63,346 nt of DNA. It comes from an uncultured Bacillales bacterium. Lineage in GTDB: Bacteria > Bacillota_I > Bacilli_A > RF39 > UBA660. The notes under the pieces were generated by a model. The model was not told the DNA's origin. It worked only from the letters and a program-made list of their open reading frames with translations, and did not search any database. This document shows, piece by piece, positions 28,186 to 36,844 of this stretch. The translations under genes were made by a program, and so were the position numbers. The stretch's first letter is position 1. Each line of letters opens with the position of its first letter. The DNA lies in assembly GCA_947648915.1 (NCBI GenBank), contig CANSPQ010000004.1, positions 1 to 63,346 on the forward strand, given 5' to 3'.

Positions 28186-28499
28186 TGATAAGAATAGAGA
28201 TAGAAAATAAAGAAAAACCAGAAAGCATTGTTGTAGAGGGACATGCAGGGTATGGTGTAAGTGGTACCGATATTGTATGTGCGAGTGTGAGTAGTATTCT
28301 AATTACAACAATCAATGCGATGCTTCGTGTCGATGAAAAAAGTATTCGATATGTTCAAAAAGAAGCATATGTGAAATTAGAGATTATAACACATTCTACT
28401 ATGATTGATCTTTTAATGGAGAATATGATTTCACTGTTAGAGGAATTAGAACAAGATTATAAAAAATATGTAAAAATAAATAAGGAGGTGTACTTATGA
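28185..28499 (+). CDS. prp: Ribosomal-processing cysteine protease Prp (YsxB family)
   Basis: [19 protein letters not shown]. Located between rplU and rpmA. Confidence 0.9.
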   Translation: MIRIEIENKEKPESIVVEGHAGYGVSGTDIVCASVSSILITTINAMLRVDEKSIRYVQKEAYVKLEIITHSTMIDLLMENMISLLEELEQDYKKYVKINKEVYL

Positions 28500-28795
28500 C
28501 AAACTTTATGAGATTAGAAATTCAATTATTTGCGCATAAAAAAGGACAAGGATCTACGAAAAATGGACGTGATTCTATTGCCAAAAGATTAGGTGCGAAA
28601 GCAGCTGACGGAGAATATGTAAGTGGCGGATCTATTTTATATCGTCAACGTGGAACTAAAATTTATCCAGGACATAATGTAGGAATCGGTAGTGATGATA
28701 CTGTATATGCAAAAATAGCTGGATATGTGAAATTTGAACGTGTTGGAAGAGATAGAAAACAAGTAAGTGTTTATCCAGAAAAGCAAGAAGCGTAA
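28496..28795 (+). CDS. rpmA: 50S ribosomal protein L27 with N-terminal Prp-cleaved extension
   Basis: ...[21 protein letters not shown]. The extension before AHKKG matches the Firmicutes Prp substrate pattern. Confidence 0.95.
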   Translation: MTNFMRLEIQLFAHKKGQGSTKNGRDSIAKRLGAKAADGEYVSGGSILYRQRGTKIYPGHNVGIGSDDTVYAKIAGYVKFERVGRDRKQVSVYPEKQEA

Positions 28796-28911
28796 GTTAC
28801 AAATGAAAAACTTAGCTTTTTTCTTTTTAAAAAATTCTAAGCGATAAAAAAGAAAATACATGATATAATAATATAAAGAGATTTCAGAATAAATAAAGGA
28901 GAAGTATTAAG

Positions 28912-29430
28912 ATGTATAATGATTATTTTGAAGATGAGCAAACAATGGAGATATATCAAACTGCAAACACTTTATATAATCAAATTTGTCAATTTGTGGA
29001 AAACAAAGTTATGTTGGAAGTAAAAGTAGACTTTGATGTTTGTTTCATTATTTCATTACTTTTAAATGAACATAAAATAAAACCAGAATTAGAAAAAGAC
29101 GGATTTTCTTTGCAAAGATTGAGTGATTATTTTCAAATGGATTTGAGTGTATTAGGAGTCAAATCCTATGCGCAAGGGAATATCATGTCGCAATGTGCTT
29201 CTGAAACGTTAGTACATTTGATTAATTATATGGGTCATGAGAAAAATAAAATGAATTGTTATGATATATTGGAAAATCTACATAGCATCCACATGATTGC
29301 ATGGTATCAATGGACAGAAAGAATCAATGGACAAGGACAATTTTATCATGATTCTAATACACACCAATATATACAGAATGTTATATATGCGAATCCAGAA
29401 GACAAAAAAGATACGAGATGGATTAAATAA
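28912..29430 (+). CDS. Hypothetical protein (occupies the position of spo0B in B. subtilis)
   Basis: 172-aa ORF with RBS AAGGAG. I recognise no motif. Confidence 0.6.
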   Translation: MYNDYFEDEQTMEIYQTANTLYNQICQFVENKVMLEVKVDFDVCFIISLLLNEHKIKPELEKDGFSLQRLSDYFQMDLSVLGVKSYAQGNIMSQCASETLVHLINYMGHEKNKMNCYDILENLHSIHMIAWYQWTERINGQGQFYHDSNTHQYIQNVIYANPEDKKDTRWIK

Positions 29431-29460
29431 TAATTTTATTATTAGAAATGAGTGATCAAT

Positions 29461-30735
29461 ATGTTTATTGATGAAGTTACAATTGAACTATATGCAGGTG
29501 ATGGTGGAAATGGATGTATGGCCTTCCGTAGAGAAAAATTTATTCCTATGGGTGGTCCATATGGTGGGAATGGTGGGAAAGGCTCTGACATCATTTTTGA
29601 AGTGGATGAAGGCCTTAATACACTCATTGATTTACGTTACAAAAGGGTCATCAAAGGGAATAAAGGTGCGAATGGTGAAGGCAAAGCCAAACAAGGCGCT
29701 AGTGCCAAAGATATCATTATCAAAGTTCCTTTAGGAACTGTTGTAACAGATACTGAGACCAATTTGATTATAGCCGATTTAACAAAAAAAGAGGATCGTG
29801 TCGTAGTTGCATATGGAGGTCGTGGTGGAAGGGGTAACATGGCCTTTGCAACACGTTCCAATCCTGCTCCTGCAATCGCTGAAAATGGAGAACCTGGGGA
29901 ATATAAAAAAATCAAAGTGGAATTAAAATTATTAGCTGATGTTGGCTTAGTCGGAATGCCAAGCGTAGGCAAATCTACTTTAATTTCTCAAATATCAGCA
30001 TCTAAGCCCAAAATAGCTGCTTATCATTTTACAACATTAACACCCAATTTAGGTGTTGTTCGAGTATCAGAAAATAAATCTTTCGTAGTTGCTGATTTAC
30101 CTGGGTTAATTGAAGGAGCTTCTTTAGGTGAAGGTCTAGGAGATCGTTTCTTAAAACATATTGAACGTACTCGTATTATTGCACATGTAATTGATATGAG
30201 TGGTTTTGAGGGAAGAAATCCATATGAAGATTATCAAATTATCAATCAGGAACTTCGCAATTTTAACGAGAAAATAATGGAAAAACCACAAATTGTAATT
30301 GCCAATAAAATGGATATGGAAGGTGCAAAAGAAAACTTGAGAGAGTTTCAAGAAAAAGTAAAAGATGTTCCAATTTATCCAATTTCTGCAATAAAAAAAG
30401 ATGGATTGCAACCTGTTATTCATGCATTATCTGATCAACTTGATACCATAGAAAAGCAACCATTGTATGAAGAACAACAATTTGAGAGTCATATTTTATA
30501 TCAATTTAAAAGTGAAAAACCATTTACCATTACTAAGGATAGTGATGCATGGATCATTCGCGGTAAAGATGTAGAAAAACTGTTACGCATGACAAGATTT
30601 ACAACTGATGAAGCAGTAGCTCGCTTCGCCAATAAATTACGAAAAATGGGAATTGATGATACCTTGCGTGAAATGGGAGCAGAAGACGGAGATACAGTTC
30701 GAATTTTAGATTTTGAATTTGAATATAAATTGTAA
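29461..30735 (+). CDS. obg: GTPase Obg/CgtA
   Basis: MFIDEVTIELYAGDGGNGCMAFRREKF, GGRGGRGN, G1 GMPSVGKST, DLPGLIEGA, NKMD, and a C-terminal OCT domain. Confidence 0.95.
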   Translation: MFIDEVTIELYAGDGGNGCMAFRREKFIPMGGPYGGNGGKGSDIIFEVDEGLNTLIDLRYKRVIKGNKGANGEGKAKQGASAKDIIIKVPLGTVVTDTETNLIIADLTKKEDRVVVAYGGRGGRGNMAFATRSNPAPAIAENGEPGEYKKIKVELKLLADVGLVGMPSVGKSTLISQISASKPKIAAYHFTTLTPNLGVVRVSENKSFVVADLPGLIEGASLGEGLGDRFLKHIERTRIIAHVIDMSGFEGRNPYEDYQIINQELRNFNEKIMEKPQIVIANKMDMEGAKENLREFQEKVKDVPIYPISAIKKDGLQPVIHALSDQLDTIEKQPLYEEQQFESHILYQFKSEKPFTITKDSDAWIIRGKDVEKLLRMTRFTTDEAVARFANKLRKMGIDDTLREMGAEDGDTVRILDFEFEYKL

Positions 30736-30778
30736 AAACTATTTACTTCATATTAGATTATTAGTATAATTAAAAACA

Positions 30779-30816
30779 GGAATACTTAGTCGTTTAGGTA
30801 CTATTCCCTTTTTTCT
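30779..30816 (+). terminator. Hairpin plus T-run after obg
   Basis: GGAATA (30779-30784) pairs with TATTCC (30802-30807), then CTTTTTTCTTT. Confidence 0.6.
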
Positions 30817-30844
30817 TTAAAACGAATGAAAGGGTGTGATGCTT

Positions 30845-30937
30845 ATGAGAAAGACAGAAAAAGAATTATGTTTTATCATAAAGCTTCTCCTCCTTGTGAT
30901 GATTATCTTGTTAATAAAAATAGTACCAACGATATAG
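30845..30937 (+). CDS. 30-aa hydrophobic peptide (type I toxin-like small ORF)
   Basis: AAGGGTG, 8 nt, then ATG. MRKTEKELCFIIKLLLLVMIILLIKIVPTI has a charged N-terminus and a single TM. Hairpin/T-run terminator at 30964-31002. Confidence 0.35.
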   Translation: MRKTEKELCFIIKLLLLVMIILLIKIVPTI

Positions 30938-30950
30938 TCGGTACAATCTG

Positions 30951-31025
30951 TAAAATAAATCTCGGATAGTACCTAACAACCAAAGCTAGGTATTCCATTT
31001 TTATTGTATGAGATTTCTCTCATCT
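30951..31025 (-). ncRNA. Putative about 75-nt convergent small RNA overlapping the 3' hairpin of the small ORF
   Basis: Minus-strand promoter TTGACA (31060-31055), 17-nt spacer, TAGAAT (31037-31032). The predicted transcript has hairpin ATGAGA/TCTCAT (31023-31008), then the 30996-30964 hairpin and a U-rich tail. Confidence 0.3.
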
Positions 31026-31136
31026 ATATTCATTCTAACATATATTAAAAATGGTGTCAAATTCATTTTATACCATGTATAGTATAGTATTTTAACAATA
31101 ATGAAATTATGTATATGATAGAATGGGAAGAAAGTA

Positions 31137-32012
31137 GTGAAACCTATGAATGGAATATTATTAATCGATAAGCCAGAAAATTATACCAGTAGAGATATTG
31201 TAAATATTGTAAGTAAAAAATTAGGCACCAAAAAAATTGGACATACAGGTACTTTGGATCCACTTGCAACTGGTGTTTTGATTTTGTGTGTTGGAAATGC
31301 GACTAAGATGGTAGAACTTGTTACAGCTTTTGAAAAAGAATATATTGCAACTATAATACTAGGTATAAAAACAGATACAGGGGATATTACTGGTTCAGTA
31401 GTAGAAGAGAGTAAAGTTCATATTTCTAAAGAAATGATTGTAGAGGTATGTAAAAAAATGACGAAAACCTATGAACAAACAGTACCCATTTATTCTGCAG
31501 TAAAAATAAATGGAAAAAAACTATATCAGTATGCACGAGATGGAAAAAGAATAAAATTGCCAACTCGTAAAGTTACGATTTATGAATTAGAATGTATTTC
31601 TGATTCTATTTATGAAAATGGAAAGACAATAGTTCAAATTCGTGCTTTGGTGAGTAAAGGAACCTATATTCGAAGTTTGATTGAAGATATTGCAAAAGAA
31701 TTAAGTACAATTGGAACAATGTCTTCTCTTAGAAGAATAAAACAGGGAAACTATACAATTGAAGCTTGTAATACATTGGAAGATATTGAAAATGGAAGTT
31801 ATCAAATACAGGATCTTACGCAAATTTTATCTCGTTATCCAATTATAGTTGTAGATAATTATTTGGAAAATAGAATCAAAAATGGTAGTATTTTAGAAAA
31901 TCGGTATCAAGAAGAAGTAATTTTATTTCAAAATAAGCGTGAAATTCCACTTGCATTATATAAAATTTATGAAAAGGATCCTACTAAAATAAAACCATGG
32001 AAAATGCTCTAA
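31137..32012 (+). CDS. truB: tRNA pseudouridine(55) synthase TruB
   Basis: NGILLIDKPENYTSRDIV and GHTGTLDPLATGVL (catalytic Asp). The start could be GTG 31137 or ATG 31146. Confidence 0.9.
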   Translation: MKPMNGILLIDKPENYTSRDIVNIVSKKLGTKKIGHTGTLDPLATGVLILCVGNATKMVELVTAFEKEYIATIILGIKTDTGDITGSVVEESKVHISKEMIVEVCKKMTKTYEQTVPIYSAVKINGKKLYQYARDGKRIKLPTRKVTIYELECISDSIYENGKTIVQIRALVSKGTYIRSLIEDIAKELSTIGTMSSLRRIKQGNYTIEACNTLEDIENGSYQIQDLTQILSRYPIIVVDNYLENRIKNGSILENRYQEEVILFQNKREIPLALYKIYEKDPTKIKPWKML

Positions 32013-32094
32013 AGACAGTATGAAACTGTTTTTTTCTATTATAATAAACTATTCATTTATAGCAAAATAATGTATAATGAGTGAGGTGATAACT

Positions 32095-33231
32095 ATGATA
32101 TATTTAGATTATTCAGCAACTACACCTGTACGTCAAGAAGTACTGGATAGTTTTGTTGCAGTTGCAACCGAAAAAATTGGAAACGCCAACTCTTTACACC
32201 GACTGGGTGTAGAATCCAAGCAATTAGAGGTGCAGGCAACGAATCAAATTGCAAATATTTTAAGCTGCAAACCCAATGAGATTATTTATACAAGCGGAGC
32301 AAGTGAATCCAATAATATGGCAATCAAAGGAATTGCTATGAAATATGCCAATCGTGGGAAACATATTATTACAACCAATTTAGAACATTCTTCTGTTTAT
32401 GGTCCCATTGATTATTTACAAAAAAATGGATTTACTGTTGATTTTGTAACAACAGATGAAATGGGAATTGTAGATTTAGAAAATTTAGAACAATTGTTAA
32501 AAGAAGATACAATTTTAGTGAGCATTGCTTCTATTAATAGTGAAACAGGACTAAGACAACCAATAGAAGAAATTGGAAAATTATTAAAAGAATATCCAAA
32601 ATGCCTTTTTCATGTAGATATGACACAAAGTGTTGGCAAAATTCGCATTTCACTAGAAAATATTGATTTAATTAGTTTTTCAGCACATAAATTTTATGGA
32701 ATGAAGGGAATCGGTTGTTTAATCAAAAAAGAACATGTTTCCTTAGAACCTTTAATTCATGGTGGAAAAAGTACTACACCATTCCGATCAGGAACGCCTG
32801 CATTACCATTGATTGTTTCTATGGCAAAGGCGCTTCGACTAGCAGATGAAGAATTGGATCAAAATTTGGAAAAAGTAACAAAATACTGTACAATACTAGA
32901 AGAAAAATTCAAAGAATATCCAAATGTTGTAATCAATCACAATTATGCTTGTATTCCCCATATTTTCAATTTGAGTGTGATGCATGCCAAACCAGAAACG
33001 ATGTTACATGCCTTAGAAGAAAAAGAAATCTATATTTCAACCCAAAGTGCTTGTGCAAATGGAAACACAGTTAGTAAAGCAGTACTGGAGCTTTCTAAAA
33101 AAGAAGAGGTTGCATCTCATAGTATCCGTATCAGTTTATCTGGAAATACAACAGAAGAAGAAATACAAGAATTTCTAAAACAATTTGATATTTGCTACCA
33201 CAAACTAGATTTTGGAAGAGATATAAAATAG
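32095..33231 (+). CDS. Cysteine desulfurase (NifS/IscS-like class V aminotransferase)
   Basis: TGAGGTGA RBS then ATG 32095, with an extended -10 TGTATAAT at 32071-32078. MIYLDYSATTP, SFSAHKFYGMKG (PLP lysine), STQSACA (active-site Cys). Confidence 0.85.
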   Translation: MIYLDYSATTPVRQEVLDSFVAVATEKIGNANSLHRLGVESKQLEVQATNQIANILSCKPNEIIYTSGASESNNMAIKGIAMKYANRGKHIITTNLEHSSVYGPIDYLQKNGFTVDFVTTDEMGIVDLENLEQLLKEDTILVSIASINSETGLRQPIEEIGKLLKEYPKCLFHVDMTQSVGKIRISLENIDLISFSAHKFYGMKGIGCLIKKEHVSLEPLIHGGKSTTPFRSGTPALPLIVSMAKALRLADEELDQNLEKVTKYCTILEEKFKEYPNVVINHNYACIPHIFNLSVMHAKPETMLHALEEKEIYISTQSACANGNTVSKAVLELSKKEEVASHSIRISLSGNTTEEEIQEFLKQFDICYHKLDFGRDIK

Positions 33232-33240
33232 CTTTATTTA

Positions 33241-33256
33241 ATGACAAAAAAGTCAT
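33241..33256. promoter_or_regulatory. Inverted repeat ATGAC-N6-GTCAT upstream of the two-component operon (candidate response-regulator box)
   Basis: ATGACAAAAAAGTCAT lies about 22 nt upstream of the TATAAT at 33278-33283. The same motif precedes the ABC operon at 36806-36821. Confidence 0.45.
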
Positions 33257-33307
33257 TTATAGGAAAAAGATCTATAGTATAATAAAATAACAAAGAGGTG
33301 AAGCATC

Positions 33308-33994
33308 ATGGGCAAAATATTAATTGTAGAAGATGATGAATCCATTCGTTTGGGTTTAAAATATTACTTAGAACAAGAAAATTTTGAAACAGTTTTGGCA
33401 GAAAATAAGAAACAGGCAGAGGAACTGTTTTCCAAAGAGATCGAACTTATTTTGTTAGACATTAATTTACCAGATGGTAATGGATTTGATTTACTCGAAA
33501 AATGCAAACAACAAAGAGATATACCCATTATATTTTTAACGGCTAATGATGCAGAAGTATCGATTGTAATGGGACTTGATATGGGAGCAGATGATTATAT
33601 TACAAAACCATTTAAAGCAAGAGAATTGGTATCTAGAATTAAAAGTGTTTTAAGAAGAACTTCAACCAAAGCGGAAACTAGTACAATTCAGATTCAAAAT
33701 ATTACAATTGATTTGAAACAAGCAAAAGTATTTAAAATGGGAACAGATGTAATGTTAACTGCTTTAGAATATAAAATTCTTTTAGTATTGGCGCTGAATT
33801 CTGGTACTGTTTTTAGCCGTGAAAAGATATTAGCAGATATCTGGGATGTAAATGAAGATTTCGTGAATGATAACACTTTGACGGTCTATATAAAACGAAT
33901 TCGGGAAAAAATAGAAGACAACCCGAATCAGCCGAAAATTATTGAAACAGTAAGAGGAATTGGTTATAAAATAGGAGAGGAAAATGAAAAATAA
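33308..33994 (+). CDS. OmpR-family response regulator
   Basis: Receiver domain (ILIVEDDE..., LILLDINLPDGNG, KPF) and winged-helix output domain (LTALEYKILLVLA..., TVRGIGYKI). Confidence 0.9.
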   Translation: MGKILIVEDDESIRLGLKYYLEQENFETVLAENKKQAEELFSKEIELILLDINLPDGNGFDLLEKCKQQRDIPIIFLTANDAEVSIVMGLDMGADDYITKPFKARELVSRIKSVLRRTSTKAETSTIQIQNITIDLKQAKVFKMGTDVMLTALEYKILLVLALNSGTVFSREKILADIWDVNEDFVNDNTLTVYIKRIREKIEDNPNQPKIIETVRGIGYKIGEENEK

Positions 33995-35201
33995 ATATAA
34001 AAAAGTAATCCTGTTTAGTGTATTTGGTATACTTCTATTAGGAATGGTTTATAGAGTGGGAGTGGGAATTCATACACATTATAAACAGGAATTTATCAAT
34101 CAAGAACAGCTCCTAATTGGTCATATTCTAGAAAATCATCCAGAATTAGAAGAAGAAATGATAGAAATATTGTTAAATAATACAAAAGAAGAAGATCTTG
34201 GGAAACGTTTTTTTGAAGCTTATGGTATTGACTTAGAAAGTTATGATAATATTCATTCTATCTTTGCACTTAAAAAATATACAGTTCAGAAAATAGTAAT
34301 CACATATACTTTGATTATTCTTTTATTTGCTTGTTTGCTGTTTTATCATATTACAAAACAGCATAGGGAAATTAAACAAATCACGCATTATTTAAATCAT
34401 ATCTTAAGTGGTGACTATTCTTTAGAAATTCATGAATATGATGAAAGTGAAATCAATTCTTTAAAGAATGACATTTATAAAATTACGATTTTACTAAGAG
34501 AACAAGAGGATTATTCCAAAAGTGAGAAAAAACATTTAGAAAGCGTTCTTTCTGATATCTCCCATCAATTAAAAACACCACTTACTAGTATGTATGTGAT
34601 TAATGATATATTAGAAAACGATGCAATTGATTCTAATAAAAAGAAAGAAATGTTACATAAAAATAAAAGCCAATTAAAACGAATTGAGTGGTTAGTTTCT
34701 TCTTTATTAAAATTATCGCGATTGGATAGCGGGGTTGTTGTGATGCAACCGAAAAGTGTATCCGTAAATACATTATTAGAACAGGCATTAGAACCTTTGC
34801 GTATTCCGATTGAATTAAAGGAACAAACAGTTGAGATTATAGGAGACGATGATACTTTAATTGAAGTAGATCTTGCTTGGACAGTAGAAGCCTTTGTGAA
34901 TTTAATTAAAAATGCACATGAGCATACCCCTAGTAATGGTAAAATTGTGATTCGTTATCAAGAAAATCCAATCTATATAGAATTTCAAATAGAAGATAAT
35001 GGTGAAGGAATTTCTGCAAACGATTTACCACATATTTTTGAACGTTTTTACAAAGGAGCTACTAGTAATAAAGACAGTATTGGAATTGGGTTAAACATGG
35101 CAAAAACAATTATTCAAAAACAAAATGGTATGATTACTGTAAGTAGTATTGAAAATCATGGTACTATATTCACTATCAAACTTTATAAAAACATACTTTA
35201 A
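33984..35201 (+). CDS. Sensor histidine kinase (two TM, about 90-aa extracytoplasmic loop)
   Basis: H-box SDISHQLKTPLTSM, N-box NLIKNAHEHT, G1 DNGEGIS, G2 GIGLNMAK. Confidence 0.9.
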   Translation: MKNKYKKVILFSVFGILLLGMVYRVGVGIHTHYKQEFINQEQLLIGHILENHPELEEEMIEILLNNTKEEDLGKRFFEAYGIDLESYDNIHSIFALKKYTVQKIVITYTLIILLFACLLFYHITKQHREIKQITHYLNHILSGDYSLEIHEYDESEINSLKNDIYKITILLREQEDYSKSEKKHLESVLSDISHQLKTPLTSMYVINDILENDAIDSNKKKEMLHKNKSQLKRIEWLVSSLLKLSRLDSGVVVMQPKSVSVNTLLEQALEPLRIPIELKEQTVEIIGDDDTLIEVDLAWTVEAFVNLIKNAHEHTPSNGKIVIRYQENPIYIEFQIEDNGEGISANDLPHIFERFYKGATSNKDSIGIGLNMAKTIIQKQNGMITVSSIENHGTIFTIKLYKNIL

Positions 35202-35208
35202 AAATAGT

Positions 35209-35237
35209 TTGACAAGTGGGATTGATTATGTTAGAAT
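35209..35237 (+). promoter_or_regulatory. Near-consensus promoter of the inserted four-ORF operon
   Basis: TTGACA (35209-35214), 17-nt spacer, TAGAAT (35232-35237) with an upstream TG. Confidence 0.55.
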
Positions 35238-35262
35238 ATATTCCCGTGAAGGGGATTAGGCT

Positions 35263-36153
35263 ATGGAAAACAAGAGTGAACAAGAAATTTATTCCTATAT
35301 GATATATGATCGTAAAGTAAGAATGAATCAAAATAAACAAAGAATATATGAATTGAAAAGCAAGTTAGAGCATGATATAAAATATCAGAAGTGTTTAAAA
35401 TTAATTCATAGATTATACCAAAGAAAACAGCTAATAGAAACAGAATTATCAAAAAATGAAAAAGCTTATACAGAAAGATATAAAGACCATGTACTATTAT
35501 CAAATGCCAATCAAATTCAACTAATAGTTGATGCGATTGCAGAAAAAGAAGAAAAAATAAAAATAGTGGATATTATGCAAGAATTAGTTCAAAAAAATGG
35601 GAGAGTCAGTAGGATACGTCTTTTTCAAAAGTGGCATAAGCAACGTAAGCAATCGATGCACGAAGAGTTGGGGGAGCAACCTTTTATTGGTGCAGAACTA
35701 ATTTATTTTATTAAAATTTATCATGAGATTCTTTCAAAGCAAAAGAAACGATTTCCTATTTGTATATCAGAACAAGAAAAGATACAATTGTCATTTGATT
35801 ATTACCATAGCATGAAAGAGCAACTTTTAATGAAGAAAGAACAGAAGGAAGAATATTTTATAGAGCGAAGAAATTTTATCGTATCTTATTTCAAACAAAA
35901 ATTGGAAGCAAAAGAAAAATTATCAACAATAGGTGTACAATTAGATATGCTTAATCCATACTTAGAAAAACTCTTAGAAGAACGAAATCAAATAGAACAA
36001 GAAATCAATATGTTAGAACAATTAAATCAAGGCTATGTAGAGCAGATTCGTAAATTGAGTGAAATATCTATAGAATCAGAAAATGATCGAAAAAAGAATC
36101 ATCAAAAAGTAATAAAAGTATCAAAATATTACAGCAATAGAAAGGTAGGATAA
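35263..36153 (+). CDS. Hypothetical coiled-coil protein
   Basis: 296 aa, very K/E/Q-rich with heptad-like stretches. I recognise no enzymatic motif. Confidence 0.65.
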   Translation: MENKSEQEIYSYMIYDRKVRMNQNKQRIYELKSKLEHDIKYQKCLKLIHRLYQRKQLIETELSKNEKAYTERYKDHVLLSNANQIQLIVDAIAEKEEKIKIVDIMQELVQKNGRVSRIRLFQKWHKQRKQSMHEELGEQPFIGAELIYFIKIYHEILSKQKKRFPICISEQEKIQLSFDYYHSMKEQLLMKKEQKEEYFIERRNFIVSYFKQKLEAKEKLSTIGVQLDMLNPYLEKLLEERNQIEQEINMLEQLNQGYVEQIRKLSEISIESENDRKKNHQKVIKVSKYYSNRKVG

Positions 36154-36154
36154 T

Positions 36155-36250
36155 ATGAAAGATCCAAACTTAATAGAATCAATAAATAAACTAATAGAAG
36201 AAATTGGAAGCTTAGAAGTTCAAAAGAAAAATTTAAAAAAAAGAATATAA
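36155..36250 (+). CDS. 31-aa small ORF, translationally coupled
   Basis: ATG lies 1 nt after the preceding TAA, with AAAGGTAGGA upstream. MKDPNLIESINKLIEEIGSLEVQKKNLKKRI. Confidence 0.3.
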   Translation: MKDPNLIESINKLIEEIGSLEVQKKNLKKRI

Positions 36251-36293
36251 AGCAAAAAAATATGTTTTTGACTTACATTGTAAAGAAGAAAAT

Positions 36294-36638
36294 ATGCTAA
36301 ACAATATGCTAAACAAAAAGGAACGAATTTTTATTAGAATAACTCCATTTGTAGCTGGATTCATTGGTTGGCTATGCCCAATTATGAACATTTTCTTTTC
36401 TATAAATCTTACAGTTTCAGTAACTACAGCCTTATCGTTAGTAGGACTTTATCTTTTAGGTAGTTATTCATTATTTAGTATATATAAAAAACGTAAGATG
36501 AAAAAGATAGAACATTTTGATAAAAATGCATATATAGAGTTAGGTGAACTTGAAAGTCAATTGGAGAATGTAAAACATAGTTTGAATTCCAAAAAGCAAA
36601 AATTACAAAAAAACGGATGTTGCTTTCGAACATTGTGA
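36294..36638 (+). CDS. Small membrane protein (2 TM) with C-terminal helical tail
   Basis: 114 aa. TM segments ITPFVAGFIGWLCPIMNIFF and VTTALSLVGLYLLGSYSLF. Confidence 0.55.
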   Translation: MLNNMLNKKERIFIRITPFVAGFIGWLCPIMNIFFSINLTVSVTTALSLVGLYLLGSYSLFSIYKKRKMKKIEHFDKNAYIELGELESQLENVKHSLNSKKQKLQKNGCCFRTL

Positions 36639-36760
36639 TAGAAGATGAAAAATCAAAACAAGCAATGATGCAATATTATCAAGAAATGGAAGATGCCGTT
36701 TTCTTTAAAACGAATGTAGAAATGGACATTGCAAAAAATCCATACACAAAGAAAAGCTAA
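36635..36760 (+). CDS. 41-aa small ORF overlapping the previous stop (GTGA)
   Basis: GTG 36635 overlaps TGA 36636-36638. VIEDEKSKQAMMQYYQEMEDAVFFKTNVEMDIAKNPYTKKS. The terminator follows immediately. Confidence 0.25.
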   Translation: MIEDEKSKQAMMQYYQEMEDAVFFKTNVEMDIAKNPYTKKS

Positions 36761-36777
36761 ATGAGCTTTTTTCTTTT
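36752..36777 (+). terminator. Rho-independent terminator of the four-ORF operon
   Basis: AAAAGCT (36752-36758), loop AAATG, AGCTTTT (36764-36770), then a T-run. Confidence 0.7.
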
Positions 36778-36805
36778 GACCTGTGATACAATATGATTGT
36801 AGTAT

Positions 36806-36844
36806 ATGACAAAATTGTCATAAAAAAAGTCATGAAAAAGTCAT
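36806..36844 (+). promoter_or_regulatory. ATGAC-N6-GTCAT inverted repeat plus two further GTCAT direct repeats upstream of the ABC operon
   Basis: ATGAC 36806-36810. GTCAT at 36817, 36829 and 36840, spaced 12 and 11 nt. A TATAGT -10 candidate follows at 36844-36849. Confidence 0.45.

Noticed and set aside
29468-29972. Overlapping ORFs inside obg (29468-29734 on the + strand, 29637-29972 and 29442-29627 on the minus strand). The same applies to 21316-21634 (minus), 27147-27347 (+), 8368-8751 (minus) and other short antisense ORFs.
   Set aside because: They lie within strongly supported genes, lack an RBS and have odd composition. They are typical spurious frames.
30743-30770. A + strand promoter-like TTTACT, 17 nt, TATAAT between the obg stop and its terminator hairpin.
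   Set aside because: A transcript from here would begin at the terminator hairpin itself, so it may be a chance AT-rich match. It is kept only as an ambiguous element of the type I TA hypothesis.
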